A stretch of DNA of 64,000 bases from Bacteroidaceae bacterium (GTDB lineage: Bacteria > Bacteroidota > Bacteroidia > Bacteroidales > Bacteroidaceae): contig JAKSLI010000012.1 of the NCBI GenBank assembly GCA_024401305.1, forward strand, positions 2,672 through 66,671. The letters run 5' to 3'. Made by a program: the position numbers and the translations under genes. The first letter of the stretch is position 1, and every line of letters begins with the position of its first letter. Below the pieces are notes generated by a model. It did not search any database and was not told the origin of the DNA. It worked only from the letters and a program-made list of their open reading frames with translations. Below are positions 30,845 through 40,482 of this stretch, in pieces.

Positions 30845-30921
30845 GTAAAGTACCCTAACTCAAGTCGTAAAGTACCCTAACTCGAACCGTAAAGTACCCT
30901 AACTCGAACCGTAAAGTACCC
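30845..30921. repeat. 22-bp tandem repeat, 3.5 copies
   Basis: gtaaagtaccctaactc(aagtc/gaacc) at 30845, 30867 and 30889, partial copy at 30911. Confidence 0.9.
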
Positions 30922-31056
30922 AATTACGATGCATAATCCATAGGAATTTGCCTCAAAAAATGCATTTTTTGAGGCGTTTTCCTTGGAGTTTTCATCAGAT
31001 TTTCCAATAAACTGATTTTCAATCCGTTACAAAAACAACAAAAAAGCATGTAAATA

Positions 31057-32169
31057 ATGACAAGAATAGCTATAACCCTTACACTCTTACTGACAACTTT
31101 CGCTGTGTCATTCGCCAGCAAAGTTGACGACATCAAGGCTATCATCACGAAAGTTAATAACCATTGGCAGCAGAATCACTCTCCAAAAGAGCGTGCTTTC
31201 TGGGATGTGGCTGCTTATCACACTGGCAATATGGAGGTGTATAAGCTGATGCCTAACCAAGAGTGGCTTGACTATTCCATCGCTTGGGCTGAGCACAACC
31301 AATGGAAAGGCGCAAAGAGCAACAATCCCGCCGAGTGGGTTTATACCTACGGAGAGAAGGAAAGATTCGTGCTTTTCGGCGATTGGCAGATTTGCTTCCA
31401 GACATATTGCGACCTCTACAACCTTGACAAGAAGCCGGAAAGAATAGCCCGTGCTCGCGAGGTCATGGAATATGAGATGTCAACTGCAAAGAACGACTAT
31501 TGGTGGTGGGCAGACGGACTTTACATGGTTATGCCGGTTATGACAAAGCTTTACAACATCACTGGCAACAAACTCTATCTTGACAAGCTCTATGAGTATC
31601 TTTCATACGCTGAAAGCATCATGCTTGACGAGGAGACAGGCTTGCTCTATCGTGACGCAAAGTATGTTTATCCAAAGCATAAGTCGCACAACGGAAAGAA
31701 GGATTTCTGGTCTCGTGGCGACGGTTGGGTGTTTGCTGGTCTTGCAAAGGTGCTTCAGGACTTGCCAAAAGATGATGCTCATCGCGACCATTATATAAAT
31801 ATGTATAAGAAGATGGCTGCGAGCATCGTGGCTTGCCAACAGAAAGAAGGCTATTGGACACGCTCTCTCCTCGATCCTGAACATGCTCCAGGACCTGAGA
31901 CAAGCGGAACTGCGTTCTACTGCTATGGCTTGCAATGGGGCGTAAACAATGGTTATCTCAAGGGGAAAGCTTATCAGAAAGCTGCCGACAAGGCTTGGAA
32001 ATATCTCACAAAGACAGCTCTTCAGGAGGATGGTAGCGTAGGATATGTGCAGCCTATTGGCGAAAAGGCTATTCCGGGACAGGTCGTTGATGCCAAGTCA
32101 ACAGCGAATTTCGGTGTCGGAGCCTTCCTTCTTGCTGCTTGCGAGCGCATCAGACATCTTAAGAAATAA
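31057..32169 (+). CDS. GH105/GH88 unsaturated (rhamno)galacturonyl hydrolase
   Basis: WWWADGLYM, FWSRGDGW, ETSGTA, GYVQPIG, FGVGAFLLA; signal peptide. Confidence 0.88.
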   Translation: MTRIAITLTLLLTTFAVSFASKVDDIKAIITKVNNHWQQNHSPKERAFWDVAAYHTGNMEVYKLMPNQEWLDYSIAWAEHNQWKGAKSNNPAEWVYTYGEKERFVLFGDWQICFQTYCDLYNLDKKPERIARAREVMEYEMSTAKNDYWWWADGLYMVMPVMTKLYNITGNKLYLDKLYEYLSYAESIMLDEETGLLYRDAKYVYPKHKSHNGKKDFWSRGDGWVFAGLAKVLQDLPKDDAHRDHYINMYKKMAASIVACQQKEGYWTRSLLDPEHAPGPETSGTAFYCYGLQWGVNNGYLKGKAYQKAADKAWKYLTKTALQEDGSVGYVQPIGEKAIPGQVVDAKSTANFGVGAFLLAACERIRHLKK

Positions 32170-32213
32170 TCCGATAATACAATAAAAACAACATAACCTA
32201 CGTTATATATAAT

Positions 32214-32966
32214 ATGAAATTCGTAATAATAATCCCTGCACGCTATCAGAGCACTCGCTTTCCAGGCAAGCCTTTGGCTGTGCTTGGAGGCAAACCTGTG
32301 ATACAACGCGTGTATGAGCAGGCTAAGAAAGTGCTTCCGGATGTGTGGGTTGCTACAGACGATGACCGCATATTCCAAGCCGTTGAGGCTTTCGGAGGCA
32401 AGGCTGTCATGACTCGCGCTGACCATAAGAGCGGAACTGACCGCATACAAGAGGCTGCGGAAAAGATTGGCGGAGACTTCGATGTAATCATAAACATACA
32501 GGGTGATGAGCCGTTTGTTCAGGCTTCGCAGATAGAAACACTCATGCATCTATTTGATGATCCACAGACACAAATCGGTACTCTCGGAAAACCGTTCGAT
32601 GTAAGCAATGGAATGGAGAATGTTGACAACCCAAACTCTCCGAAGATTGTAACAGACATCCGTGGTTTTGCCCTCTATTTCTCTCGAAGCGTCATACCTT
32701 ATGTACGTGGAAAAGAGCATGATATGTGGCATGAGAACTTCCCTTACCTGAAGCATCTTGGAGTTTATGCTTACAAGAAGGAAGTGCTTAGGGAGGTCAC
32801 TTTGCTTCCGCAATCGTCGCTAGAAATAGCGGAATCACTCGAACAACTCCGCTGGCTTGAGAACGGTTATCGCATTCGCGTAGGCAAGACTGATGTGGAA
32901 ACTGTCGGAATAGACACCCCAGAAGACCTGCAAAAAGCTGAAGAATTCTTGAAATACAAACTATAA
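32214..32966 (+). CDS. kdsB: 3-deoxy-manno-octulosonate cytidylyltransferase
   Basis: IPARYQSTRFPGKPL, SGTDR, NIQGDEP, ALYFSR, ESLEQLRWLE. Confidence 0.96.
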   Translation: MKFVIIIPARYQSTRFPGKPLAVLGGKPVIQRVYEQAKKVLPDVWVATDDDRIFQAVEAFGGKAVMTRADHKSGTDRIQEAAEKIGGDFDVIINIQGDEPFVQASQIETLMHLFDDPQTQIGTLGKPFDVSNGMENVDNPNSPKIVTDIRGFALYFSRSVIPYVRGKEHDMWHENFPYLKHLGVYAYKKEVLREVTLLPQSSLEIAESLEQLRWLENGYRIRVGKTDVETVGIDTPEDLQKAEEFLKYKL

Positions 32967-32985
32967 AAAACAACGTAATATCAAA

Positions 32986-33453
32986 ATGGAACAAGTAGTT
33001 GTAAACTCATACGACGAGTTTGCTGCCTTTGAAGGCAAGACAATCGGTACAACCGATCCAATGGTAATTGACCAGAACCGTATCAATCTTTTTGCTGATG
33101 CTACATCAGACCATCAATGGATTCATGTTGACACGGAGCGCGCTGCAGTGGAAAGTCCTTATAAGTCAACAATTGTTCACGGTTATCTTACTCTCAGCGT
33201 TCTTCCAAAGCTTTGGCAGGACCTTATTCAGGTAAATAATATCAAGATGCTTGTTAACTACGGAATGGAGAACATGAAGTTCGGTCAGCCAGTCCTCTCT
33301 GGCCAGAGCATCAAGCTTACAGCTGGTCTTAAGAGCATCCAGAACCTCCGCGGTATTGCAAAGGTGACAGTGAACTTCACACTTGCCATTGCAGAAACAG
33401 GCAAGAAGGCTCTCGAAGGCAACGCCATCTTCCTTTATTATTTCAATAACTAA
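32986..33453 (+). CDS. MaoC-family dehydratase
   Basis: FADAT.DHQWIHVD.ERA, TIVHGYLTLS, NYG. Confidence 0.9.
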   Translation: MEQVVVNSYDEFAAFEGKTIGTTDPMVIDQNRINLFADATSDHQWIHVDTERAAVESPYKSTIVHGYLTLSVLPKLWQDLIQVNNIKMLVNYGMENMKFGQPVLSGQSIKLTAGLKSIQNLRGIAKVTVNFTLAIAETGKKALEGNAIFLYYFNN

Positions 33454-33456
33454 TAA

Positions 33457-35421
33457 ATGAAAAAAGTACTCCTGATATTCTCAATCATTGTTCTCCTCGT
33501 CTCTTGTGGCGTGGAGAACACAGTGAAAAAGGGCGACAAATTTGTTGCCCTTGGAGAGTATTATGAGGCTTCTCTTCAGTATAAGAAGGCATATCAGAAG
33601 ACTCCGACGAAGGACAAGACAGACAGAGCTGTGCGCGCGTTGAAACTTGCCGACTGCTATGCTCGCATCAACTATACGCAAAAAGCGGTGGCAGCCTACA
33701 AGAACGCCATCCGCTACGGCATAGATTCACTTCCTGTCCACGAGGCTTTGGCTTATCAGGAAAAGATGGCCAAGACGAAGAAAGACCCACTTTCCCACTA
33801 CAAGGTGAAGCGAATGGAGATCTTCAACTCTCGTCGCGCCGACTACTCCCCTGCCCTATTCGGCGATCAGTACGACCGTCTTTATTTCACATCTACGAGA
33901 AACGATGCTCAAGGTGATGAACTTTCTGGCATTACAGGCATGAAAAACGGTGACATCTTCTTCAGCGAGAAGGATGACAAAGGCAAATGGGGACGTCCTC
34001 AAACCATTGAATCCGGATTGAACTCCGAAGCTGACGAAGGTGCTTGCTCGTTTACTCCTGATGGAGCTACCATGTATCTCACTCAATGCTCTACAGACCC
34101 TTCTTATCCTCGTTACGCACAAATCGTAACTTCACAACGCGCAGATGCTGCTTGGGGCAAACCTAATCCGCTGGAAATATCAAAGGACACCTTGTCGTCT
34201 TTTGCTCATCCTGCAATAAGTCCTGACGGCAACTGGCTTTATTTCGTAAGCGATATGCCGGGAGGCAAGGGCGGACTCGACATTTGGCGAATTAGGATTG
34301 GCGTCGGCGGACTTGGCGGCGTTGAGAATCTTGGCGAGCCTGTCAATAGTGCTGCCGATGAGATGTTCCCGTCTTTCCGTCCGAATGGCGACCTTTATTT
34401 CTCGTCAAAGAGGGAAAGTTCAATGGGAGGTCTTGACATCTACATCGCTTCCGTGAACCGTGACACCCACAAGTTCGAGCTCTCTCATCCTGGTTTTCCT
34501 TTGAATTCAAATGGCGATGATTTCGGAATGACTTTCGAAGGAGTTCATAATCGTGGTTTCTTCTCTTCTAATCGTGGAGATGCACGTGGCTATGACCATA
34601 TCTACAGTTTTGAATTGCCTGAAATGACACAGACAATTACTGGTTGGATTTATGAAATGGACGGCTACGAATTGCCTTCTGCACAGGTCTATATCATCGG
34701 AAACGACGGCACTAATGCTCACGCAACCGTGAAGAGCGACGGTTCTTTCACATATGTGGCTGAGCCTGGAACAGAGTACATTTTCCTTGCTACTTGCAAA
34801 GGTTACCTTAACGCAAAGTCAGAAGTCTATGTACCTGATACAGTGACCGTTGCCCACGATTACACTCTTCAGTTCCCTCTTGCTGCATTAAGCACACCAA
34901 CTCTCATCGAGAACATCTTCTACGACTATGGAAAGGCTACTCTCCGACCAGAGTCAAGTGCTGCTCTTGACAGCCTTGCAGACATGCTTACGCAGAACCC
35001 GAATGTGACAATCGAGCTCTCTTCACATTGCGACTACCGCGGTTCTTCCGAATTCAACAAAACACTCTCGCAGAAGCGTGCAGAATCTGTTGTGAATTAT
35101 CTTATTGAGAAAGGCATCGCAGCCGATCGCCTCACGCCTGTCGGTTATGGAAAAGAGAATGCAAAGACCGTAAACAAGAAGGTCGCAAAGCGCTATCCAT
35201 GGCTTAAGGTTGGCGAAAAACTCACTGAAGAATTCATCACAAGTCTTAAAGACAAAGAGAAAGAGGAGATTTGCAACGAACTGAATCGCCGCACGGAATT
35301 CCTTGTCCTTCGCACCACTTACAACATGTTTGACGAGAAAGGCAACTTGAAGAACCCACCAATAAAAAAGAAGCCAGCCATTGAGACTGACTCCGATTCT
35401 GATTTCGACTTTGAATTCTAA
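33457..35421 (+). CDS. TPR-PD40-OmpA lipoprotein (PorE-like, T9SS-associated)
   Basis: Lipobox LVSC; TPR N-terminus; PD40 repeats (LYFTSTR, HPAISPDG.WLYF); OmpA C-domain ELSSHCD.RG...LSQKRA..V, NRRTEF. Confidence 0.85.
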   Translation: MKKVLLIFSIIVLLVSCGVENTVKKGDKFVALGEYYEASLQYKKAYQKTPTKDKTDRAVRALKLADCYARINYTQKAVAAYKNAIRYGIDSLPVHEALAYQEKMAKTKKDPLSHYKVKRMEIFNSRRADYSPALFGDQYDRLYFTSTRNDAQGDELSGITGMKNGDIFFSEKDDKGKWGRPQTIESGLNSEADEGACSFTPDGATMYLTQCSTDPSYPRYAQIVTSQRADAAWGKPNPLEISKDTLSSFAHPAISPDGNWLYFVSDMPGGKGGLDIWRIRIGVGGLGGVENLGEPVNSAADEMFPSFRPNGDLYFSSKRESSMGGLDIYIASVNRDTHKFELSHPGFPLNSNGDDFGMTFEGVHNRGFFSSNRGDARGYDHIYSFELPEMTQTITGWIYEMDGYELPSAQVYIIGNDGTNAHATVKSDGSFTYVAEPGTEYIFLATCKGYLNAKSEVYVPDTVTVAHDYTLQFPLAALSTPTLIENIFYDYGKATLRPESSAALDSLADMLTQNPNVTIELSSHCDYRGSSEFNKTLSQKRAESVVNYLIEKGIAADRLTPVGYGKENAKTVNKKVAKRYPWLKVGEKLTEEFITSLKDKEKEEICNELNRRTEFLVLRTTYNMFDEKGNLKNPPIKKKPAIETDSDSDFDFEF

Positions 35422-35428
35422 CGCGTAA

Positions 35429-36367
35429 TTATCTCAGACGAAGTCTCTGTCCTACTGCTATTCTTGCATCTGGTGGGAGGTTGTTGATGCGGTAGAGGTA
35501 TTTAAGGCGGATGGCGAAACGCTGCGAAATGCTATACATGCTGTCGGTTTGCTTTACGACATAGACCTTTCCGGCATACTGCTTGTCGCCCTTCTTTGCC
35601 TTCTTCTTCAGATAGACGATGTCGCCCGGATAGAGACGGTCGTCGGCATCACACTCGTTGTATTTGGCTAGCTTGCGACACGATTTGTTGAGGTTCCATG
35701 CTATGGTCTTGTATGTGTCGCCTTGTTGTGCTACGATATATGGCACGCCATTGTTGAAGCGGATGTCATAATTCCTGCGAACATAGTTCTGTGAAGGCTG
35801 CTGCTTCTGCGGCTTCGTGTCAGCAGTTTTTGTATCAGCAGGCTTGAGCTTCGAAGAGCTCTTAACGCTGTCGAAGCGATAGAGTTCGTAGCGCTCAATA
35901 ATGGATATGAGGTTCTGCGCGTAAGTTGGCGAGGTGGCATATCCGCACGCCTTCAAGCCGTGCGCCCAAGAGCGATAGTCAGTTATGTCGTATGTAAAAA
36001 GACGCTGATAGCGCTCGCGGAGAAGAAACTGGCTATGGTCTTCAAAGCTCTCCTTCGCATTGTCATATACGCGGAAACACTCTCCGTTCTCGTCGTCATC
36101 GTGATATTGCTTCTTTCCGCTCCATCCGTGACACTTTATGCCGAAATGGTTGTTGCCGTGAGTGGCAAGCCTACTCTTGCCGCCGCCACTTTCAAGAAGT
36201 CCCTGCGCGAGGGTTATTGAGGCAGGTATGCGATGACGCTGCATCTGCTCAACGGCTATCCCTGAATACTTCTCGATGTAAGCGTCGTAATCGGGATTGC
36301 GCCATTGCTGGGCAGATGCAGTAAGAAATGATGTTAAAAGAAAGAGTAATAGAAATTTAAGTCGCAT
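35429..36367 (-). CDS. GH73 glucosaminidase with LysM domains
   Basis: IPASITLAQGLLES, NNHFGIKC, GYATSP.YA; two LysM-like repeats; TAATG overlap with the upstream gene. Confidence 0.9.
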   Translation of the reverse strand: MRLKFLLLFLLTSFLTASAQQWRNPDYDAYIEKYSGIAVEQMQRHRIPASITLAQGLLESGGGKSRLATHGNNHFGIKCHGWSGKKQYHDDDENGECFRVYDNAKESFEDHSQFLLRERYQRLFTYDITDYRSWAHGLKACGYATSPTYAQNLISIIERYELYRFDSVKSSSKLKPADTKTADTKPQKQQPSQNYVRRNYDIRFNNGVPYIVAQQGDTYKTIAWNLNKSCRKLAKYNECDADDRLYPGDIVYLKKKAKKGDKQYAGKVYVVKQTDSMYSISQRFAIRLKYLYRINNLPPDARIAVGQRLRLR

Positions 36368-38025
36368 TACTTGTACATAAAGCGCTTGATGGACTTCTTC
36401 GGTGTCTTCTCAAACTCTGTTTCCATGATCTCAACAGATTGCAACTTGGCGTATGATGCAATGACCTTGTTTACCTCCACACGGTTCTGCTCCATGAGTT
36501 CAGCGAGCTGCTCCCTTGAAAGTCCAGCCTTCTCTGCCTCTGCATAATCCGGGTAAATCAAGCCGACGAACTTGTCGTTGCGCTGCACCATGACTGACTC
36601 CACGACGTATGGCATGGAGTTGAGTTTGTCCTCTATCTCTTCTGGATAGACATTCTGTCCGTTAGGGGTAAGAAGCATGTTCTTCGAACGGCCCTTGATA
36701 TAAACGAAACCATCCTTGTCGATAGTTCCGAGGTCGCCTGTGTGATACCATCCCTCGCCGTCGAGAGCTTCGCGTGTTGCAGCATCATTCTTGAAATAGC
36801 CAAGCATCACGTTATAACCTCGTGCTAGGATTTCACCGGCTTCGTGGTGTGGGTCAGGCGAATCAATCTTCACTTCCATGTGGATAACCTGTCGTCCGCA
36901 AGAACCGGTGCGAGCTGTCTTGTAGTCTTCGTATGTGATGATAGGCGCACATTCAGTGGCACCATAACCAACGGTAACAGGGAAGTCTATGTCGCGAAGG
37001 AACGATTCCACCTCATAACTGAAAGCGGCACCACCGATGATTATCTCGTAAAGGTTTCCGCCGAAAGATTCGTAGAGCGCATCGCGAAGCTTCTTCCGGA
37101 TCTTGCCGCCCACGATAGGCAGTTTCATCATGAACTTGATGTTTGGCGTAAGCTTTGGGAAAACGCGCTTGCGTATGATCTTCTCAATGACGAGAGGAAC
37201 GGCGATGATTACGATAGGCTTAACCTCGCGGAAAGCCTGTGCAATGATGGCTGGTGAAGGCACGCGAGAGAGGTAGAAGATGTGGCAACCTGTGATGAAT
37301 TCGTAAAGGAACTCAAACGCCATGCCGTACATGTGTGCCATAGGCAGAATGCTTACCACATGATCGCCAGCATGAACAACCTCACCAAGAACGCCCTTAG
37401 CAAAATCCATATTGCTCCATAGAGCGCGGTATGGAAGCATTACGCCCTTTGAGAATCCTGTAGTACCGCTCGTGTAGTTGATGAGGGCAAGTTCATCAGG
37501 GTTCTGCTCTATGTAATACTGCACATGCTCACGACGGAAATTCTTCGGATAGCGCTTGCCGAAAAGTTCGTTGAGATGTTCGCGGGCAAAGGTAATCTTC
37601 TCGTTTGTGGCTGACAACACAGAGAAATCCTGGATATTTATGATGGCTTCTACGGCAGGCATTTCCTCTGGCTTGATTGTTGGACCTACCACATCACCCA
37701 CAAACAGGAGTTTTGCCTCAGAGTGGTTCACGATAGAATGAACCTGGTCAGGCGTAAACTCATGAAGGATAGGCACGGCAATTGCGCCATAAGTGAGCGT
37801 AGCAAGATAAGCCACTGCCCAATGCGTGCAGTTTCTGCCGCAGAGAGCAATCTTGTCGCCATTCTCAATTCCAGATTCCTCAAAGAGGATGTGGAGTTTC
37901 TCTATCTTGCGAGCCACATCCTTATATTGGTATGTTACGCCCTTATAATCGGTGAGAGCATCTAAATCCCAATGATCCACGATAGTGTTCTCAATGAGAC
38001 GATTGAAAGATGATATGCTATTCAT
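36367..38025 (-). CDS. Long-chain fatty acid--CoA ligase (AMP-binding)
   Basis: YTSGTTGFSKG, GYGATE, WYHTGDLG, GRSKN, GQNVYPEEIE; start set at ATG 38025. Confidence 0.92.
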   Translation of the reverse strand: MNSISSFNRLIENTIVDHWDLDALTDYKGVTYQYKDVARKIEKLHILFEESGIENGDKIALCGRNCTHWAVAYLATLTYGAIAVPILHEFTPDQVHSIVNHSEAKLLFVGDVVGPTIKPEEMPAVEAIINIQDFSVLSATNEKITFAREHLNELFGKRYPKNFRREHVQYYIEQNPDELALINYTSGTTGFSKGVMLPYRALWSNMDFAKGVLGEVVHAGDHVVSILPMAHMYGMAFEFLYEFITGCHIFYLSRVPSPAIIAQAFREVKPIVIIAVPLVIEKIIRKRVFPKLTPNIKFMMKLPIVGGKIRKKLRDALYESFGGNLYEIIIGGAAFSYEVESFLRDIDFPVTVGYGATECAPIITYEDYKTARTGSCGRQVIHMEVKIDSPDPHHEAGEILARGYNVMLGYFKNDAATREALDGEGWYHTGDLGTIDKDGFVYIKGRSKNMLLTPNGQNVYPEEIEDKLNSMPYVVESVMVQRNDKFVGLIYPDYAEAEKAGLSREQLAELMEQNRVEVNKVIASYAKLQSVEIMETEFEKTPKKSIKRFMYK

Positions 38026-38070
38026 AATTTCTTGCAATTTATGTGTTGCACAAACTAAAGTTTCAGTGTG

Positions 38071-38078
38071 CAAAATTA
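38071..38078 (-). promoter_or_regulatory. -7 promoter element for the acyl-CoA ligase
   Basis: Reverse complement is TAATTTTG. Confidence 0.55.
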
Positions 38079-38140
38079 AAAATAATAATGCACAAACAAA
38101 AATTTTTTGTGCTTATATTATATATAATGAGTATTTTTAT

Positions 38141-38148
38141 TAACTTTG
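38141..38148 (+). promoter_or_regulatory. -7 promoter element for radA
   Basis: TAACTTTG. Confidence 0.6.
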
Positions 38149-38190
38149 CACATCAAAACAGGGGCTTTGAAGAATAAGCCTAAAAAAATA

Positions 38191-39582
38191 ATGAAGAAGT
38201 CAAAGACAGCATACGTTTGTTCCGAGTGTGGGTACGACTCGGTAAAATGGCTCGGGAAATGTCCTTCCTGCGGGCAATGGGACACGTTCAAGGAGGTGCG
38301 CATAGACAGCGCCTCTACAGCTACTGTTGCACGTGATTTCAGCAAGCCGTCGGCTCTTATGGGCACCAAGGCAATGAAGCTGAACGACATCTCGGCAGAC
38401 AAGGAACCGCGCATTGATCTCGGCGACGAGGAGCTTAACAGGGTGCTCGGAGGAGGTATGGTGCCGGGAAGCATCATCTTGCTTGGAGGCGAGCCAGGCA
38501 TCGGAAAAAGTACGCTCACGCTGCAAACCATCCTCAACATAAAAGACCGCAACATCCTGTATGTGAGTGGTGAGGAAAGTGCGTCGCAAATAAAGATGCG
38601 TGCCGACAGAATCTCGGGCAGCAACACAGGCGAAAGCGACTCGCCAGTAAGCATTCTCTGCGAAACGAATCTCGAGAAGATCTTTGACGCGATAAAGGAA
38701 GTGCAACCGGAGATTCTCGTCGTTGACTCGATACAAACCATCGCTACCGAAACTCAGGAGTCTTCGCCAGGAAGCATTGTGCAGGTTCGCGAATGTGCGT
38801 CGATGCTTCTGCGTTATGCAAAGACAAGCGGTACGCCGGTGCTTCTCATAGGTCATATCACGAAGGAAGGCACTCTGGCAGGTCCGAAGATTCTGGAGCA
38901 TATCGTTGACACGGTGATACAGTTTGAAGGTGACCAGAACCATGTGTATCGCATTCTTCGCAGCATAAAGAACCGTTTCGGAAGTACTTCGGAATTAGGC
39001 ATTTACGAAATGCAGCACAATGGACTTCGACAAGTTTCAAATCCATCGGAACTTCTCTTGAACGAAGACCATGAAGGACTTTCCGGCATTGGCATCGCAG
39101 CAGCAATGGAAGGCGGCAGACCTTTCCTCGTTGAAACGCAGGCATTGGTGTCAACAGCGGCTTACGGTACGCCACAGCGTTCTGCTACGGGCTTTGACCA
39201 ACGACGCCTGAACATGCTCCTTGCCGTTCTTGAGAAGCGCGTGGGGTTCAAGCTCATACAGAAAGACGTTTTCGTGAACATAGCAGGAGGCATGAAGATA
39301 AACGACCTTGCCATGGACCTCAGCATAATAGCAGCTGTGCTATCAAGCAATGTTGACACGCCAATAGAGACAGGAGTTGCAATGTGCGGAGAGGTGGGAT
39401 TGAGCGGAGAAGTGCGCCCGGTATCACACATTGAGCAGCGCATAGCCGAAGCTGAGAAACTCGGATTCTCAACGATAATAATTCCAAAACTGAACACGAA
39501 AGGCAACAACCTCTCGAAGTTCAAGATAGAAATCATACCTGTAAGAAAAGTGGAAGAAGCGCTGCGTGCGCTCTTTGGTTAA
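38191..39582 (+). CDS. radA: DNA repair protein RadA/Sms
   Basis: C4 zinc finger CSECG..KCPSC, GEPGIGKST, KNRFG, Lon-like C-terminus. Confidence 0.96.
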   Translation: MKKSKTAYVCSECGYDSVKWLGKCPSCGQWDTFKEVRIDSASTATVARDFSKPSALMGTKAMKLNDISADKEPRIDLGDEELNRVLGGGMVPGSIILLGGEPGIGKSTLTLQTILNIKDRNILYVSGEESASQIKMRADRISGSNTGESDSPVSILCETNLEKIFDAIKEVQPEILVVDSIQTIATETQESSPGSIVQVRECASMLLRYAKTSGTPVLLIGHITKEGTLAGPKILEHIVDTVIQFEGDQNHVYRILRSIKNRFGSTSELGIYEMQHNGLRQVSNPSELLLNEDHEGLSGIGIAAAMEGGRPFLVETQALVSTAAYGTPQRSATGFDQRRLNMLLAVLEKRVGFKLIQKDVFVNIAGGMKINDLAMDLSIIAAVLSSNVDTPIETGVAMCGEVGLSGEVRPVSHIEQRIAEAEKLGFSTIIIPKLNTKGNNLSKFKIEIIPVRKVEEALRALFG

Positions 39583-39612
39583 GTAACAATCATATTTTGT
39601 TCACTTACATAA

Positions 39613-40449
39613 ATGAGAACATTAAAATACATATTCGCAATAGCCGTGGTTTTGGGCTTCCTAGGCTATGTTTGCTTCGACATATTCTTCCCTAACGGAT
39701 TTGGGGGCGACGACGAAGAGAACTCTGCCACTACGAAGAAGACCGCGCTAAACATCGGTGCGCCAAACAATATCAGCAGCCTTCCAATCTGGGTGGCTGA
39801 GGAAGACAGCATTTTCGACTCTCTCAAGGTTGACATCAGTGTAAGGGAATTCACGGATCAGCTTGATTGCGACATGGCTTTTGCCGAAGGAAAAATAAAC
39901 CTTTCCATCTCTGACCCCAAGCGTGCAGAATGGCTTGCCACACAGAAGAAACAGAACTTCACGGAGCTCCGCAAGTTTCCTATGCCATACGCCATGGTAG
40001 CATGTCACAAGGCACGCATCGCGAACATCACTCAACTGAAGGACAAGATGCTCGCCGTGACACGCCATTCGTCATATTCGGCAGCAGCATTCGCTTGCCT
40101 GGACAGCGTGAAGATGAAGCACGACAGCGTGTATATCGTGCAGATAAACAATCCTGTCGTGGCAACACACATGCTTCATAACGCGGAACTCGATGCCACA
40201 TTCCTTCCCGAGCCTTTCGTTTCGTTGGCTAAGACCATGGGACACAACGCCTTGTACAAGAACTATGCGCAAGCCTTGCTCATTGCCAAGAACGACATAA
40301 AGGCTGACGACAAGAAGCGCTTCAACCAAGCAATCGACGAAGCCGTGAAACGCATTCGCAAGAATGGCATCAAGCATTATTCGGAACTCATAGCACGACG
40401 CTGCAAATGCTCTCAGCAGTTTGACAACGAACTGAAAGTAAGATTCTAA
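39613..40449 (+). CDS. Membrane-anchored SsuA/NMT1-like substrate-binding protein
   Basis: N-terminal TM helix; LP.WVAEE..IF, I.QLKDK.LAV, ELDATFLPEP pattern. Confidence 0.7.
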   Translation: MRTLKYIFAIAVVLGFLGYVCFDIFFPNGFGGDDEENSATTKKTALNIGAPNNISSLPIWVAEEDSIFDSLKVDISVREFTDQLDCDMAFAEGKINLSISDPKRAEWLATQKKQNFTELRKFPMPYAMVACHKARIANITQLKDKMLAVTRHSSYSAAAFACLDSVKMKHDSVYIVQINNPVVATHMLHNAELDATFLPEPFVSLAKTMGHNALYKNYAQALLIAKNDIKADDKKRFNQAIDEAVKRIRKNGIKHYSELIARRCKCSQQFDNELKVRF

Positions 40450-40482
40450 AATCCATCACGAAAGATTCCAAATCCACTACTC

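Noticed and set aside
30845-30921. Possible CRISPR array
   Set aside because: The units are contiguous 22-mers with no unique spacers, and no cas genes are present.
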